DNA of 64,000 nucleotides from Macrostomum lignano (taxonomy: Eukaryota), in contig NIVC01002126.1 in the NCBI GenBank assembly GCA_002269645.1, forward strand, positions 30,316-94,315. Reading direction: 5' to 3'. The stretch's first letter is position 1. Each line of letters starts with the position of its first letter. Below the pieces are notes generated by a model, which saw only the letters and a list, made by a program, of their open reading frames with translations, did no database searches and was not told the origin of the DNA. Position numbers and translations under genes: made by a program. Positions 1 to 13,395 of this stretch are shown one piece after another.

Positions 1-419
1 TTTCTTGTGAAAGAAAGAATTAAGGGTATTAGCGCTTGGGGGGAAAAGAAAATCGCTGTTTTGCTAGCAGTTGCAGTTGCAGCGCGGCAACTCGGCTTCT
101 CTCCCGAGAGAAAAACAAAAATACAGCTTGACTTGGGAAAAAAATCTTAAGATAGGAGTTAACTATAGAAAGGCGCATTTTTTTAAACTCTGAGGCTAAT
201 TTCTGTATAGGGAATTCTCAAATTCTACTAAAGGACCTGGCACGTTTCTTTGAGAAGCGACTTAAGGTTTATAAAGTGCTTCTTAAAATATTGGACAAAA
301 AGCAAAAAACTAATTTAGAAATTGATTTCTAAGCTCAAGTGTTGAGATGGAATAGATTGGAGTGGGAATAAGGGAGTTAGGGAGGCAAAGAGCTGTGCAA
401 AGGATATAAAAAGATTGTG

Positions 420-955
420 GGTGAGCTGTGGAGATGGAGAGTGAGATGAGGAGTTGGAGAGTGCAATGGGGAGATGGAGGGTGAGATGGCGAGATGGAGA
501 GTGAGATGGCGAGATGGAGAGTGAGATGGGGAGATGGAGAGTGAGATGAAGAGATAAACGGTGAGATGGCGAGATGGAGAGTGAGATGGCGAGATGGAGA
601 GTGAGACGGCGACATCGAGAGTGAGATGGGGAGATGGAGAGTGAGATAGGGAGATGGAGAAAGAGATGGGGAGTTGGAGAGTGAGATGGGGAGATGGAGA
701 GTGAGATGGCGAGATGGAGAGTGAGATGGCGAGATGGAGAGTGAGATGGCGAGATGGAGAGTGAGATGGTGAGATGGAGAGTGAGATGGCGAGATGGAGA
801 ATGAGACGGCGACATGGAGAGTGAGATGGCGAGATGGAGAGTGAGATGGGGAGATGGAGAGTGAGATGGGGAGATGGAGAAAGAGATTGGGAGCTGGAGA
901 GTGAGATGGGGAGATGGTCGGTGAGATGGGAAGATGGAGAGTGAGATGCGGAGCA
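420..955. repeat. GA-rich minisatellite, ~20-bp unit (GAGATGGAGAGTGAGATGGC)
   Basis: Directly visible tandem units; accounts for the low-complexity ORFs 310-815. Confidence 0.9.
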
Positions 956-1024
956 GATGATGGGGTTTAATAAACTTGTTTTCCGGTTAGGGAGATCTGA
1001 TGATGAGGAACTCCCCACTCTAAC

Positions 1025-1255
1025 CCCCGGATACGAAGCTGAGGCTGGAAGTGAAAAAAGCGCACACAAATCAAAATGCATCTGCGTGACTCTCTGGCAA
1101 TATCTGGATTGGCTGCAGTTCCTCTTGCACAGCTTTTTGCTTTTTTGCTCGTAGATCAATCGTTTTTCCCCAGGAAAGTCTCTCGTCATCGGAACTGTTC
1201 GGGGCAACTCAAAACGAGAGCTTGTATAGCTACTCTTTCTCCATAACTCAGCCAT
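1025..1255 (-). CDS. Possible exon encoding a PAN/apple-like four-cysteine segment
   Basis: Unique part of ORF 377-1255 reads SKKLCKRNCSQSRYCQRVTQMHFDLCALFS (CxxxC-x5-C-x9-C-x-L spacing); the rest of that ORF is repeat-derived; gene structure unresolved. Confidence 0.2.
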
Positions 1256-1699
1256 GACTCAGGTCTTCTTTGAAAAAATTCCGACTGTGAGCACTGTTGA
1301 ATGATACGGTGCATAAGCTGGGAATTATCTGTCCGAAGTCTACACCGAATTCCCAACTAGCATAGAAAATGATCGATGCAATGGGATTATTGCCCAAGGA
1401 TCGGTCATCCTTCTTATCAGCTGGGCACTGGGTTGAGGGAGGAGGCGGCTAGGTAACTCGTATGGGAGCGTCAGGATTGTAAAACCATGTTTTATAGAGT
1501 TGCTACTCAGCACGTGTGCTCAATATAAGCTGATCTGATTAGAACTGAGGGTGGAACTAAGGTTGGCTGCGGCCTGAGCATGGGCGTGAGCGGCCGCTAT
1601 CCTGCCTAACCATCTGGGTTGCATTCTCTGACCCTGACTTGTTCACTTCCTGTCTTACTCTTCTCCTTTACCCTCTCTACTCGAGTCTTCACCCTCTTT

Positions 1700-2520
1700 C
1701 TCTCCTCCTAGTCATCACCCTCTCAGTGATCACCCTCTCTCAGTCATCACCCTCCCAGTCATCACCCTCTCCCAGTCATCTCCCTCCCAGTCATCAACAT
1801 CTCCCAGTCATCACCCTCTCTCAGTCATCACCCTCTCAGTGATCACCCTCTCCCAGTCATCACCATCTCCCAGTCATCACCATCTCCCAGTCATCACCAT
1901 CTCCCAGTCATCACCCTCTCTCAGTCATCACCCTCCCAGTCATCACCCTCTCCCAGTCATCTCCCTCTCCCAGTCATCACCACCTCCCAGTCATCAACAT
2001 CTCCCAGTCATCACCCTCTCTCAGTCATCACCCTCTCAGTGATCACCCTCTCCCAGTCATCACCATCTCCCAGTCATCACCATCTCCCAGTCATCACCAT
2101 CTCCCAGTCATCACCATCTCCCAGTCATCACCCTCTCTCAGTCATCACCCTCCCAGTCATCACCCTCTCCCAGTCATCTCCCTCTCTCAGTCATCACCCT
2201 CTCTCAGTCATCACCCTCTCCCAGTCATCACCCTCTCTCAGTCATCACCATCTCCCAGTCATCACCCTCTGCCAGTCATACCCTATCTCAGTCCTCACCC
2301 TCTCTTAGTTATCACCCTTTCTCAATCATCACCCTCTCTCAATCATCACCCTCTCTCAATCATCACCTTCTCAGTCATCACCCTCTGCCAGTCATACCCT
2401 ATCTCACTCATCACCATCTCCCAGTCATCACCCTCTCTCTGTCATCACCCTCTCTCAGTCATCACCATTTCTCGGTCATCATCCTCTGCCAGTCATACCC
2501 TCTCAGTCATCACCCTTTCT
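1700..2520. repeat. Pyrimidine-rich minisatellite, ~16-18-bp unit (CAGTCATCACCCTCTC)
   Basis: Directly visible degenerate tandem units. Confidence 0.9.
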
Positions 2521-2904
2521 TTAAATTTTTTAGTTTATTGACGCAGACAATCAAAATTTTATTCTGGATGTCAATTCTAAGAAAGACAAAAAGCATTGCG
2601 GTTTAAACGCTCCTATTGACAAGAAGCAGTGCTTTGTTTCTGGGAAAGACAGTCAGTCCACTATCCATCAAGCTAGCTGTTTATGCTGGTAATTAATCAT
2701 CGAAGCCAAACCTGTTAGTCACAAGATTGTTGAAAGATTTAAAGGCAGTTTTTTTAGTGCAAACTCAGTCGTAAACATTAATGCTGACTCTGTTAAATAT
2801 CGCCATTGGCCATTAGAGCCACAATAAGTGACAGATGTTTTGACAGGTAAAAAACATTTTTAAGGTTACCTGGGTTTCTGTCTCAACACGTTAAGATGAA
2901 GATG

Positions 2905-4212
2905 TAGTCAGGGATCTGTTCTAACATGTTGTCAGGGATCTGTTCAAGCATGTTGTCAGGGATCTGTTCAAGCATGTTGTTAGGGATCTGTTCAAGCATG
3001 TTGTCAGGGATCTGTTCAAGCATGTTGTCAGGGATCTGTACCAACATGTTGTCAGGGATCTGTTCAAACATGTTGTTAGGGATCTGTTCAAGCATGTTGT
3101 CAGGGATCTGTACCAACATGTTGTCAGGGATCTGTTCAAGCATGTTGTTAGGGATCTGTTCAAGCATGTTGTTAGGGATCTGTTCAAGCATGTTGTTAGG
3201 GATCTGTTCAAGCATGTTGTCAGGGATCTGTTCCAACATGTTGTCAGGGATCTGTTCCAACATGTTGTTAGGGATCTGTTCAAGCATGTTGTCAGGGATC
3301 TGTTCAAGCATGTTGTCAGGGATCTGTTCAAGCATGTTGTTAGGGATCTGTTCAAGCATGTTGTTAGGGATCTGTTCAAGCATGTTGTTAGGGATCTGTT
3401 CAAGCATGTTGTCAGGGATCTGTACCAACATGTTGTCAGGGATCTGTTCAAGCATGTTGTTAGGGATCTGTTCAAGCATGTTGTCAGGGATCTGTACCAA
3501 CATGTTGTCAGGGATCTGTTCAAGCATGTTGTTAGGGATCTGTTCAAGCATGTTGTTAGGGATCTGTTCAAGCATGTTGTTAGGGATCTGTTCAAGCATG
3601 TTGTCAGGGATCTGTTCCAACATGTTGTCAGGGATCTGTTCCAACATGTTGTTAGGGATCTGTTCAAGCATGTTGTCAGGGATCTGTTCAAGCATGTTGT
3701 CAGGGATCTGTTCAAGCATGTTGTTAGGGATCTGTTCAAGCATGTTGTTAGGGATCTGTTCAAGCATGTTGTTAGGGATCTGTTCAAGCATGTTGTCAGG
3801 GATCTGTTCAAGCATGTTGTTAGGGATCTGTTCCAACATGTTTACAGGGATCTGATCCAGCATGTTGTCAGGGATCTGTTCCAACATGTTGTCAAGAATC
3901 TGTTCCGACATGTTGTCAGGGATCTGTTCCAACATGTCGTCAGGGATCTGTTCCAACATGTCGTCATTAATCTGTTCCAACATGTCGTCGGGGATCTGCT
4001 CCAACATGTTGTCAGGAATCTGTTCCAACATGTCGTCAGGGATCTGTTCCAACATGTTGTCAGGAATCTGTTCCAACATGTCGTCAGGGATCTGTTCCAA
4101 CATGTTGTCAGGAATTTGTTCTAACATGTCGTCAGGGATCTGTTCCAACATGTTGTCAGGAATTTGTTCTAACATGTTGTCAGGGATCTGTTCCAAGATG
4201 TTGTCAGGGAAG
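2905..4212. repeat. 24-bp tandem repeat (~54 units, CATGTTGTCAGGGATCTGTTCAAG) with no frame-breaking indels
   Basis: Visible array; open as (LEQIPDNM)n on the - strand (ORF 2883-4334). Confidence 0.95.
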
Positions 4213-4346
4213 AGAAATGAAGACCAACAGTGGAAATATAAAATAGTCGATGATTTACAAAATGCTAAAGCAGGCAGGAGTTCTGAGCACGCATGGTGCA
4301 ACGCCTTCGTCGACAGCGAGGCAATTCTGCCCATCCGCTGACTCCT

Positions 4347-4630
4347 GGGAGCGGTTGTAGCCTAGTGGTTAGAGGGTCGGACTCACGACTTGAAGGTCGG
4401 GGGTTCGATTCCCGATCTCACTCGGAAAAATTTGTGTCCTTGAGCAAGACACTTGACTTTGCATTGCTTCAGTTCACCCAGCTGTAAAATAGGTGCCAGC
4501 CCAATTAGCTGAGGTAATTGGGGGAGCGTGGCGACCCCTCCCCAGTCCTTGAACTGAGCAGCAATAGCTGCAGCTGAGCTGTCGGTTGCACATCTGGCCC
4601 AACTGGGGTAGGTGTAACTATTTATGTAAC
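4347..4630 (+). mobile_element. tRNA-derived SINE with a CORE/Meta-like central domain
   Basis: A box TAGCCTAGTGG and B box GGTTCGATTCC, followed by GTGTCCTTGAGCAAGACACTT...CAGTTCACCCAGCTGTAAAATAGG, resembling SINE CORE/Meta domains; short GTAACTA repeats near the 3' end; 3' boundary approximate. Confidence 0.8.
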
Positions 4631-5379
4631 TACCCACTGACCAGTTTTTGTGCTCAAAAGTACCCAAAATAATGTGGTCGCGACCGGAACTGAAGCAGGA
4701 TTTGCGGAGCGAGAGCTCACACGTGTTTACCATTGAGCTTTTCTGCCCCTGATGCATTCTGTTTATTAGAATTTGAGTCTAGCATGTCCCGACGCGAGGT
4801 ACCTAAGCTTGGATTGAATAAGTTACGTTGGTAATCAAAGCCTCAGCCAGCAGCATCTCTCATAAGTGATTTTTTATTCCCCTTAGGGATACTGCATAGA
4901 ACGAAGGCAAACAGCAAATACTAGGTAGCTATGGAATAGTTTGCAGAGGCCGAGGGCCAGATGCCAGGTAGATAATATTATAGGAGACCCCGGAAGCTGG
5001 GAACGAAATTTCCAGTTGACGTATTCTCAAATGACGGGCGCATACAAAACAAGCTTAACAACCGGGACACAAGCTGAAATATGATGCTACGACACGGAAC
5101 AGATGGGAGCCGATACAGTTATAATCCATTCCCATGTATTTTTATTTGATACTCAAGTTGTCTAATCAAAGCGATTTCTTGTTTTTGTTTGTACTAAAAT
5201 TGCACATTTAACAGCATTGCGATTTAGAAGCTAAAAGCTCAGATTACTGGTAAAATTTGAAACTTTTTCCAGCTAAAGCTTAGTTAATTTGTAAAATTTG
5301 AATCGAAAATAAAAATAACATTTAAATGAGACTCCGACACAAGCTATAATGACAGTGTCTGTACTGAGGTAAATAGGTG

Positions 5380-5605
5380 TCAATGAACTCAAACTGATGT
5401 GAATCTAGGTGCCAATGGACTTTAAATGAGTTGAATCTCAAGTTCCAGTAAGCTCCAACTGAGGTGAATCTAGATGTAAATGAACTTCAAGTGAAGTGAA
5501 TCTATAGGTATTAATGAACTCCAACTGAGGTGAATCTAGGTATGAATGAACTCCAACTGAGGTGAATCTAGGTGAATGAACTCTTAATGAGATGAATCTC
5601 AAGGT
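5380..5605. repeat. Diverged short array of the 36-bp satellite family found at 8165-13395
   Basis: AACTCCAACTGAGGTGAATCT core in several degenerate copies. Confidence 0.85.
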
Positions 5606-5755
5606 GAGATGAGATGCTTGTACAACAAATTTAACCGACAGCTCAAACTTGCTAAAGCGGAAACATTGCATGGAGATAGGTAATGCCTATGATTTTAGAT
5701 GTCGTCACAATTTTCAATCAATTCAGCTTGATAAAGACGTTTTATCAAGCAAACA

Positions 5756-7647
5756 TCAGTTATTATCATTGGACTGATGAAGCATGGCGGTCAGCTCCAG
5801 ACTCTCAGCAGGTGGTACTTCTTCGTGGCTGGCCTCAGCTTCCATAGTATTGTCTTGTCCTAGGTAGTCTTCCGTAGCCTCTGGCTGTTTGGCTACAGAC
5901 CGGTGCTTCGCCTCTGGAGCAGCCGGTTCCGCGTTTCTGGGCAGCCAGGTGAGAAAAATAGCCGAGAACGTGTCACGAAACTGCTTCGACATTGAGGTGT
6001 ACAGCACAAAATTGACGCTGTTGTTAATCAGCGATAGAAGGTCCAGCAGGTCGCCTAGCGGAGTGTAGACGTTGTCTTCAAACGAATCGGACACGAAGCA
6101 CAGCAACGACATGACACCCTGCGGCAGCTCGGTGATGAGGAACACGATCACAATGGCCAGCAACATTCGGGTGGTTCGAAGCTCTCGCTTGTCCGCTCGC
6201 TGCTCTCTTCGACCGGCCGGGACGCCGTTGTTGGACGGACTGGCGGCTGCTGCGGCTGGGTTCCTGTTCAGCAGCTTACGCCGGCGTCTTGCCGACTTCG
6301 AAAGCTGACCGATAAGCAGCACGGTCATGGCGCTGAGCATGAGGCAGGGCAGGATCTTGTACAATATGGCTATTGTCCAATAGTTGCTCAGCACCAGAGT
6401 GTCGCTAACCCACTGAGCCGCGTCGATGAAGTACAGAGTGGCGTTGGTGACAGGAGATCGGCAGGCCCTAGGCGCGTTGACTAGGTAATTCGGTATGCTA
6501 GTCAGGCAGCAGGCGATGCAGATCGCAGCGATACAGATTGATACGTTTCTGTGGCTGGCAAGCCTCGCTCCGGTAGTTGGAAATGCGATGTACAGGTAGC
6601 GGAACACGGCCAGGGCCACGGTGAGCCAGCAGGCGGCTGTGTGCAGCACCAGCACCAGGCTGATGGTGAACAGAGAGTACAGAATCCAGCCGTACTGCTG
6701 CGTGTGCGGCTCCGCGAGTTCGGCGGGGACACCTCGACGACCGGTCGGATTTTTCAAGGTGAAGTGAGCCACCTGGCGTTGGGGCGTTGAAGGGTAACTA
6801 CAGGTGAGCTAGTTCTTTAATTATTGGTTATGCATTGGTGTAATTACTGAGCTAAGGTACTAGAGTCAGTGGTGTAGCCAGTGGAGGGGCAGCCTCTCAC
6901 CTCTGACGGTATTGCGACTGGGTGACTGACGTCTCTGATGCTGACATCTACTCAAAAAAAATTAACGTCTCTGATGCTGACATCTACTCAAATAAACTGA
7001 CGTCTCTGATGCTGACATCTACTCAAATAAACTGACGTCTCTGATGCTGACATCTACTCAAATAAACTGACGTCTCTGATGCTGACATCTACTCAAATAA
7101 ACTGACGTCTCTTGTGCTGACATCTACTCAAATAAACTGACGTCTCTTGTGCTGACATCTACTCAAATAAACTGACGTCTCTGGTGCTGACATCTACTCA
7201 AATAAACTGACGTCTCTGGTGCTGACATCTACTCAAATAAACTGACGTCTCTGGTGCTGACATCTACTCAAATAAACTGATACTATATATCTTGTGCTGC
7301 AATGATTGAGGTACTTTATTCCTGTCAAGCAGTACTAGGCGCTTGTGAACTCCAATTCAGACGCAGCTCACCTGAAAGAAATAGGTCAGCATGGTGAACA
7401 GGTCAGCAGCTGCGACGGCAATCAAAATCCGATTGACCGAGCTAACGGACAAGCTCTTCCTGGTGAGCACGGCGATGTTCGCCACGTTGGCAACAACCCC
7501 CAGCAGGCAGAGGGTGACGCTTACGTAGCCGTGAACGGTGCCATAAATTTCCTGGAATCGCACCAATCCCAGGTGCACGGAGGGCACCGAAACTGACAAA
7601 TTGCTGCAACATCTCGTCAGGTCATCCAAGCTGATGGTGGCTCCCAT
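5756..7647 (-). CDS. Rhodopsin-family peptide GPCR (FMRFamide/myosuppressin/sex-peptide-receptor-like), 2 coding exons, ~430 aa
   Basis: Exons 7647-7372 and 6772-5756 join in phase 0 (CAG|GTGAG ... CCAG|GTG). Motifs: HGYVSVTLCLLGVVANVANIAVLTRK, ILIAVAAADLFTM, AVFRYLYI (DRY position), TTRMLLAIVIVFLITELPQG, NNSVNFVLYTSMSKQFR; seven hydrophobic segments. Confidence 0.92.
6925..7283. repeat. 35-bp minisatellite (~10 units) in the GPCR intron
   Basis: CTGACGTCTCTGATGCTGACATCTACTCAAATAAA repeated. Confidence 0.95.
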
Positions 7648-8164
7648 GGCCGCAACTTTAGCGTAATTATGCCTCGTAACCTGTGCGGGCGCGTATCGGA
7701 TAACAGCAGTTGCAGGATGATAGCATTAGAACGTGACTCGTATCCAATCTTAAGATAATTACAGGTACCGCTGCAAGTCCTAATGCGGGTAGAGCGCTAA
7801 GAGGAAGTGATGGGCTGCTGGAACAGGAAGATGACTTGATGGGACTTGTTCAGCTTGAGGAGTGATGAACTGGATTGAATCGACAAGCGAAAATCCTACT
7901 TCAGTTCGATGGAAATAGAAAATTTGCTGAAAAACGAGTCATTTAGGTGAGTAGTTCTGCCTAAACCATGGTTAATTATCTATATTGTACCTATTGAGTG
8001 CTCAAAGCTGCTTTCTACTACTACGAGCGTATATATTCCAGTGCGTTTACTGCAGTTCTTTATCAGCAGTTTGGCCTAAATATTGTGCCCATACTGAACT
8101 GGATATGAAACGATGATATTCCATAATAAATCCGCGTGATTTGCGTATGTGACTCAAAAATTCA

Positions 8165-11100
8165 AGCTGAGGTGAATCTCAAAGTGCTAGTGAACTCCAA
8201 CTGAGGTGAATCTCAAGGTGTCAGTATGAACTCCAACTGAGGTGAATCTCAAGGTGTCAATATGAACTCCAACTGAGGTGAATCTCAGGTATCAATAAGA
8301 ACTCCAACTGAGGTGAATTGAGTCTCAAGGTGTCAATATGAACTCCAACTGAGGTGAATCTCAAGGTATCAATAAGAACTCCAACTGAGGTGAATCTCAG
8401 GTATCAATATGAACTCCAACTGAGGTGAATCTCAGGTATCAATATGAACTCCAACTGAGGTGAATCTCAGGTATCAATAAGAACTCCAACTGAGGTGAAT
8501 CTCAGGTATCAATAAGAACTCCAACTGAGGTGAATCTCAGGTATCAATAAGAACTCCAACTGAGGTGAATCTCAGGTATCAATAAGAACTCCAACTGAGG
8601 TGAATCTCAAGGTGTCAATATGAACTCCAACTGAGGTGAATCTCAAGGTGTCAATATGAACTCCAACTGAGGTGAATCTCAGGTATCAATAAGAACTCCA
8701 ACTGAGGTGAATTGAGTCTCAAGGTGTCAATATGAACTCCAACTGAGGTGAATCTCAAGGTGTCAGTATGAACTCCAACTGAGGTGAATCTCAAGTGTCA
8801 ATAAGAACTCCAACTGAGGTGAATCTCAAGGTGTCAATATGAACTCCAACTGAGGTGAATCTCAGGTATCAATAAGAACTCCAACTGAGGTGAATCTCAA
8901 GGTATCAATAAGAACTCCAACTGAGGTGAATCTCAAGGTGTCAATAAGAACTCCAACTGAGGTGAATCTCAAGGTGTCAATAAGAACTCCAACTGAGGTG
9001 AATCTCAAGGTATCAATAAGAACTCCAACTGAGGTGAATCTCAAGGTGTCAGTATGAACTCCAACTGAGGTGGATCTCAAGGTGTCAATATGAACTCCAA
9101 CTGAGGTGAATGTCAAGGTGTCAATATGAACTCCAACTGAGGTGAATCTCAAGGTGTCAGTATGAACTCCAACTGAGGTGAATCTCAAGGTGTCAGTATG
9201 AACTCCAACTGAGGTGAATCTCAAGGTGTCAGTATGAACTCCAACTGAGGTGAATCTCAAGGTGTCAATATGAACTCCAACTGAGGTGAATCTCAGGTAT
9301 CAATAAGAACTCCAACTGAGGTGAATTGAGTCTCAAGGTGTCAATATGAACTCCAACTGAGGTGAATCTCAAGTGTCAATAAGAACTCCAACTGAGGTGA
9401 ATCTCAAGGTGTCAGTATGAACTCCAACTGAGGTGAATCTCAAGGTGTCAATATGAACTCCAACTGAGGTGAATCTCAAGGTGTCAGTATGAACTCCAAC
9501 TGAGGTGAATCTCAAGGTGTCAATATGAACTCCAACTGAGGTGAATCTCAGGTATCAATATGAACTCCAACTGAGGTGAATCTCAAGGTGTCAATAAGAA
9601 TCCCAACTGAGGTGAATCTCAGGTATCAATAAGAACTCCAACTGAGGTGAATCTCAAGGTGTCAGTATGAACTCCAACTGAGGTGAATCTCAAGGTGTCA
9701 ATATGAACTCCAACTGAGGTGAATCTCAAGGTGTCAATATGAACTCCAACTGAGGTGAATCTCAAGGTGTCAATATGAACTCCAACTGAGGTGAATCTCA
9801 GGTATCAATAAGAACTCCAACTGAGGTGAATCTCAAGGTGTCAGTATGAACTCCAACTGAGGTGAATCTCAAGGTGTCAATATGAACTCCAACTGAGGTG
9901 AATCTCAAGGTGTCAGTATGAACTCCAACTGAGGTGAATCTCAAGGTGTCAATATGAACTCCAACTGAGGTGAATCTCAGGTATCAATAAGAACTCCAAC
10001 TGAGGTGAATTCAAGGTGTCAATATGAACTCCAACTGAGGTGAATCTCAAGTGTCAATAAGAACTCCAACTGAGGTGAATCTCAAGGTGTCAGTATGAAC
10101 TCCAACTGAGGTGAATCTCAAGGTGTCAATATGAACTCCAACTGAGGTGAATCTCAAGGTGTCAGTATGAACTCCAACTGAGGTGAATCTCAAGGTGTCA
10201 ATATGAACTCCAACTGAGGTGAATCTCAGGTATCAATATGAACTCCAACTGAGGTGAATCTCAAGGTGTCAATAAGAACTCCAACTGAGGTGAATCTCAG
10301 GTATCAATAAGAACTCCAACTGAGGTGAATCTCAAGGTGTCAGTATGAACTCCAACTGAGGTGAATCTCAAGGTGTCAATATGAACTCCAACTGAGGTGA
10401 ATCTCAAGGTGTCAGTATGAACTCCAACTGAGGTGAATCTCAAGGTGTCAATATGAACTCCAACTGAGGTGAATCTCAGGTATCAATAAGAACTCCAACT
10501 GAGGTGAATTGAGTCTCAAGGTGTCAATATGAACTCCAACTGAGGTGAATCTCAAGTGTCAATAAGAACTCCAACTGAGGTGAATCTCAAGGTGTCAGTA
10601 TGAACTCCAACTGAGGTGAATCTCAAGGTGTCAATATGAACTCCAACTGAGGTGAATCTCAAGGTGTCAGTATGAACTCCAACTGAGGTGAATCTCAAGG
10701 TGTCAATATGAACTCCAACTGAGGTGAATCTCAGGTATCAATAAGAACTCCAACTGAGGTGAATCTCAAGGTATCAATAAGAACTCCAACTGAGGTGAAT
10801 CTCAAGGTATCAATAAGAACTCCAACTGAGGTGAATCTCAAGGTGTCAATAAGAACTCCAACTGAGGTGAATCTCAAGGTATCAATAAGAACTCCAACTG
10901 AGGTGAATCTCAAGGTGTCAGTATGAACTCCAACTGAGGTGGATCTCAAGGTGTCAATATGAACTCCAACTGAGGTGAATCTCAAGGTGTCAATATGAAC
11001 TCCAACTGAGGTGAATCTCAAGGTGTCAGTATGAACTCCAACTGAGGTGAATCTCAAGGTGTCAGTATGAACTCCAACTGAGGTGAATCTCAAGGTGTCA

Positions 11101-13395
11101 ATACGAACTCCAACTGAGGTGAATCTCAAGGTGTCAATAAGAACTCCAACTGAGGTGAATCTCAGGTATCAATATGAACTCCAACTGAGGTGAATCTCAA
11201 GGTGTCAATATGAACTCCAACTGAGGTGAATCTCAAGGTGTCAATAAGAACTCCAACTGAGGTGAATCTCAAGGTATCAATAAGAACTCCAACTGAGGTG
11301 AATCTCAGGTATCAATAAGAACTCCAACTGAGGTGAATCTCAGGTATCAATAAGAACTCCAACTGAGGTGAATCTCAGGTATCAATAAGAACTCCAACTG
11401 AGGTGAATCTCAAGGTGTCAGTATGAACTCCAACTGAGGTGAATCTCAAGGTGTCAATATGAACTCCAACTGAGGTGAATCTCAAGGTGTCAATATGAAC
11501 TCCAACTGAGGTGAATCTCAAGGTGTCAATATGAACTCCAACTGAGGTGAATCTCAGGTATCAATAAGAACTCCAACTGAGGTGAATCTCAAGGTGTCAG
11601 TATGAACTCCAACTGAGGTGAATCTCAAGGTGTCAATATGAACTCCAACTGAGGTGAATCTCAAGGTGTCAGTATGAACTCCAACTGAGGTGAATCTCAA
11701 GGTGTCAATATGAACTCCAACTGAGGTGAATCTCAGGTATCAATAAGAACTCCAACTGAGGTGAATTGAGTCTCAAGGTGTCAATATGAACTCCAACTGA
11801 GGTGAATCTCAAGTGTCAATAAGAACTCCAACTGAGGTGAATCTCAAGGTGTCAGTATGAACTCCAACTGAGGTGAATCTCAAGGTGTCAATATGAACTC
11901 CAACTGAGGTGAATCTCAAGGTGTCAGTATGAACTCCAACTGAGGTGAATCTCAAGGTGTCAATATGAACTCCAACTGAGGTGAATCTCAGGTATCAATA
12001 TGAACTCCAACTGAGGTGAATCTCAAGGTGTCAATAAGAACTCCAACTGAGGTGAATCTCAAGGTGTCAATAAGAACTCCAACTGAGGTGAATCTCAAGT
12101 GTCAATAAGAACTCCAACTGAGGTGAATCTCAAGGTGTCAATAAGAACTCCAACTGAGGTGAATCTCAAGGTGTCAATATGAACTCCAACTGAAGTGAAT
12201 CTCAAGGTGTCAATAAGAACTCCAACTGAGGTGAATCTCAAGGTGTCAATAAGAACTCCAACTGAGGTGAATCTCAGGTATCAATAAGAACTCCAACTGA
12301 GGTGAATCTCAAGGTGTCAGTATGAACTCCAACTGAGGTGAATCTCAAGGTGTCAATATGAACTCCAACTGAGGTGAATCTCAAGGTGTCAGTATGAACT
12401 CCAACTGAGGTGAATCTCAAGGTGTCAATATGAACTCCAACTGAGGTGAATCTCAGGTATCAATAAGAACTCCAACTGAGGTGAATCTCAAGGTATCAAT
12501 AAGAACTCCAACTGAGGTGAATCTCAGGTATCAATAAGAACTCCAACTGAGGTGAATCTCAAGGTGTCAATAAGAACTCCAACTGAGGTGAATCTCAAGG
12601 TATCAATAAGAACTCCAACTGAGGTGAATCTCAAGGTGTCAGTATGAACTCCAACTGAGGTGGATCTCAAGGTGTCAATATGAACTCCAACTGAGGTGAA
12701 TCTCAAGGTGTCAATATGAACTCCAACTGAGGTGAATCTCAAGGTGTCAGTATGAACTCCAACTGAGGTGAATCTCAAGGTGTCAGTATGAACTCCAACT
12801 GAGGTGAATCTCAAGGTGTCAATACGAACTCCAACTGAGGTGAATCTCAAGGTGTCAATAAGAACTCCAACTGAGGTGAATCTCAGGTATCAATATGAAC
12901 TCCAACTGAGGTGAATCTCAAGGTGTCAATATGAACTCCAACTGAGGTGAATCTCAAGGTGTCAATAAGAACTCCAACTGAGGTGAATCTCAAGGTATCA
13001 ATAAGAACTCCAACTGAGGTGAATCTCAGGTATCAATAAGAACTCCAACTGAGGTGAATCTCAGGTATCAATAAGAACTCCAACTGAGGTGAATCTCAGG
13101 TATCAATAAGAACTCCAACTGAGGTGAATCTCAAGGTGTCAGTATGAACTCCAACTGAGGTGAATCTCAAGGTGTCAATATGAACTCCAACTGAGGTGAA
13201 TCTCAAGGTGTCAATAAGAACTCCAACTGAGGTGAATCTCAGGTATCAATAAGAACTCCAACTGAGGTGAATCTCAAGGTGTCAATATGAACTCCAACTG
13301 AGGTGAATCTCAAGGTGTCAATATGAACTCCAACTGAGGTGAATCTCAAGGTGTCAATATGAACTCCAACTGAGGTGAATCTCAAGGTGTCAATG
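8165..13395. repeat. 5.2-kb satellite, 36-bp unit (ACTCCAACTGAGGTGAATCTCAAGGTGTCAATATGA) with 35- and 40-bp variants and higher-order structure
   Basis: Contiguous units without spacers; the rare GTGGATCTC variant recurs near 9071, 10941 and 12661. Confidence 0.97.

Noticed and set aside
4347-4425. Functional tRNA gene
   Set aside because: A and B boxes are present, but I could not build a convincing acceptor stem and the sequence runs into a SINE core domain
8862-12850. (TLRFTSVGVHTD)n ORFs
   Set aside because: Stretches of pure 36-bp units broken by 35- and 40-bp variants
8165-13395. CRISPR array (36-bp repeats)
   Set aside because: Units are contiguous with no unique spacers, no cas genes are present, and the context is eukaryotic; it is a satellite
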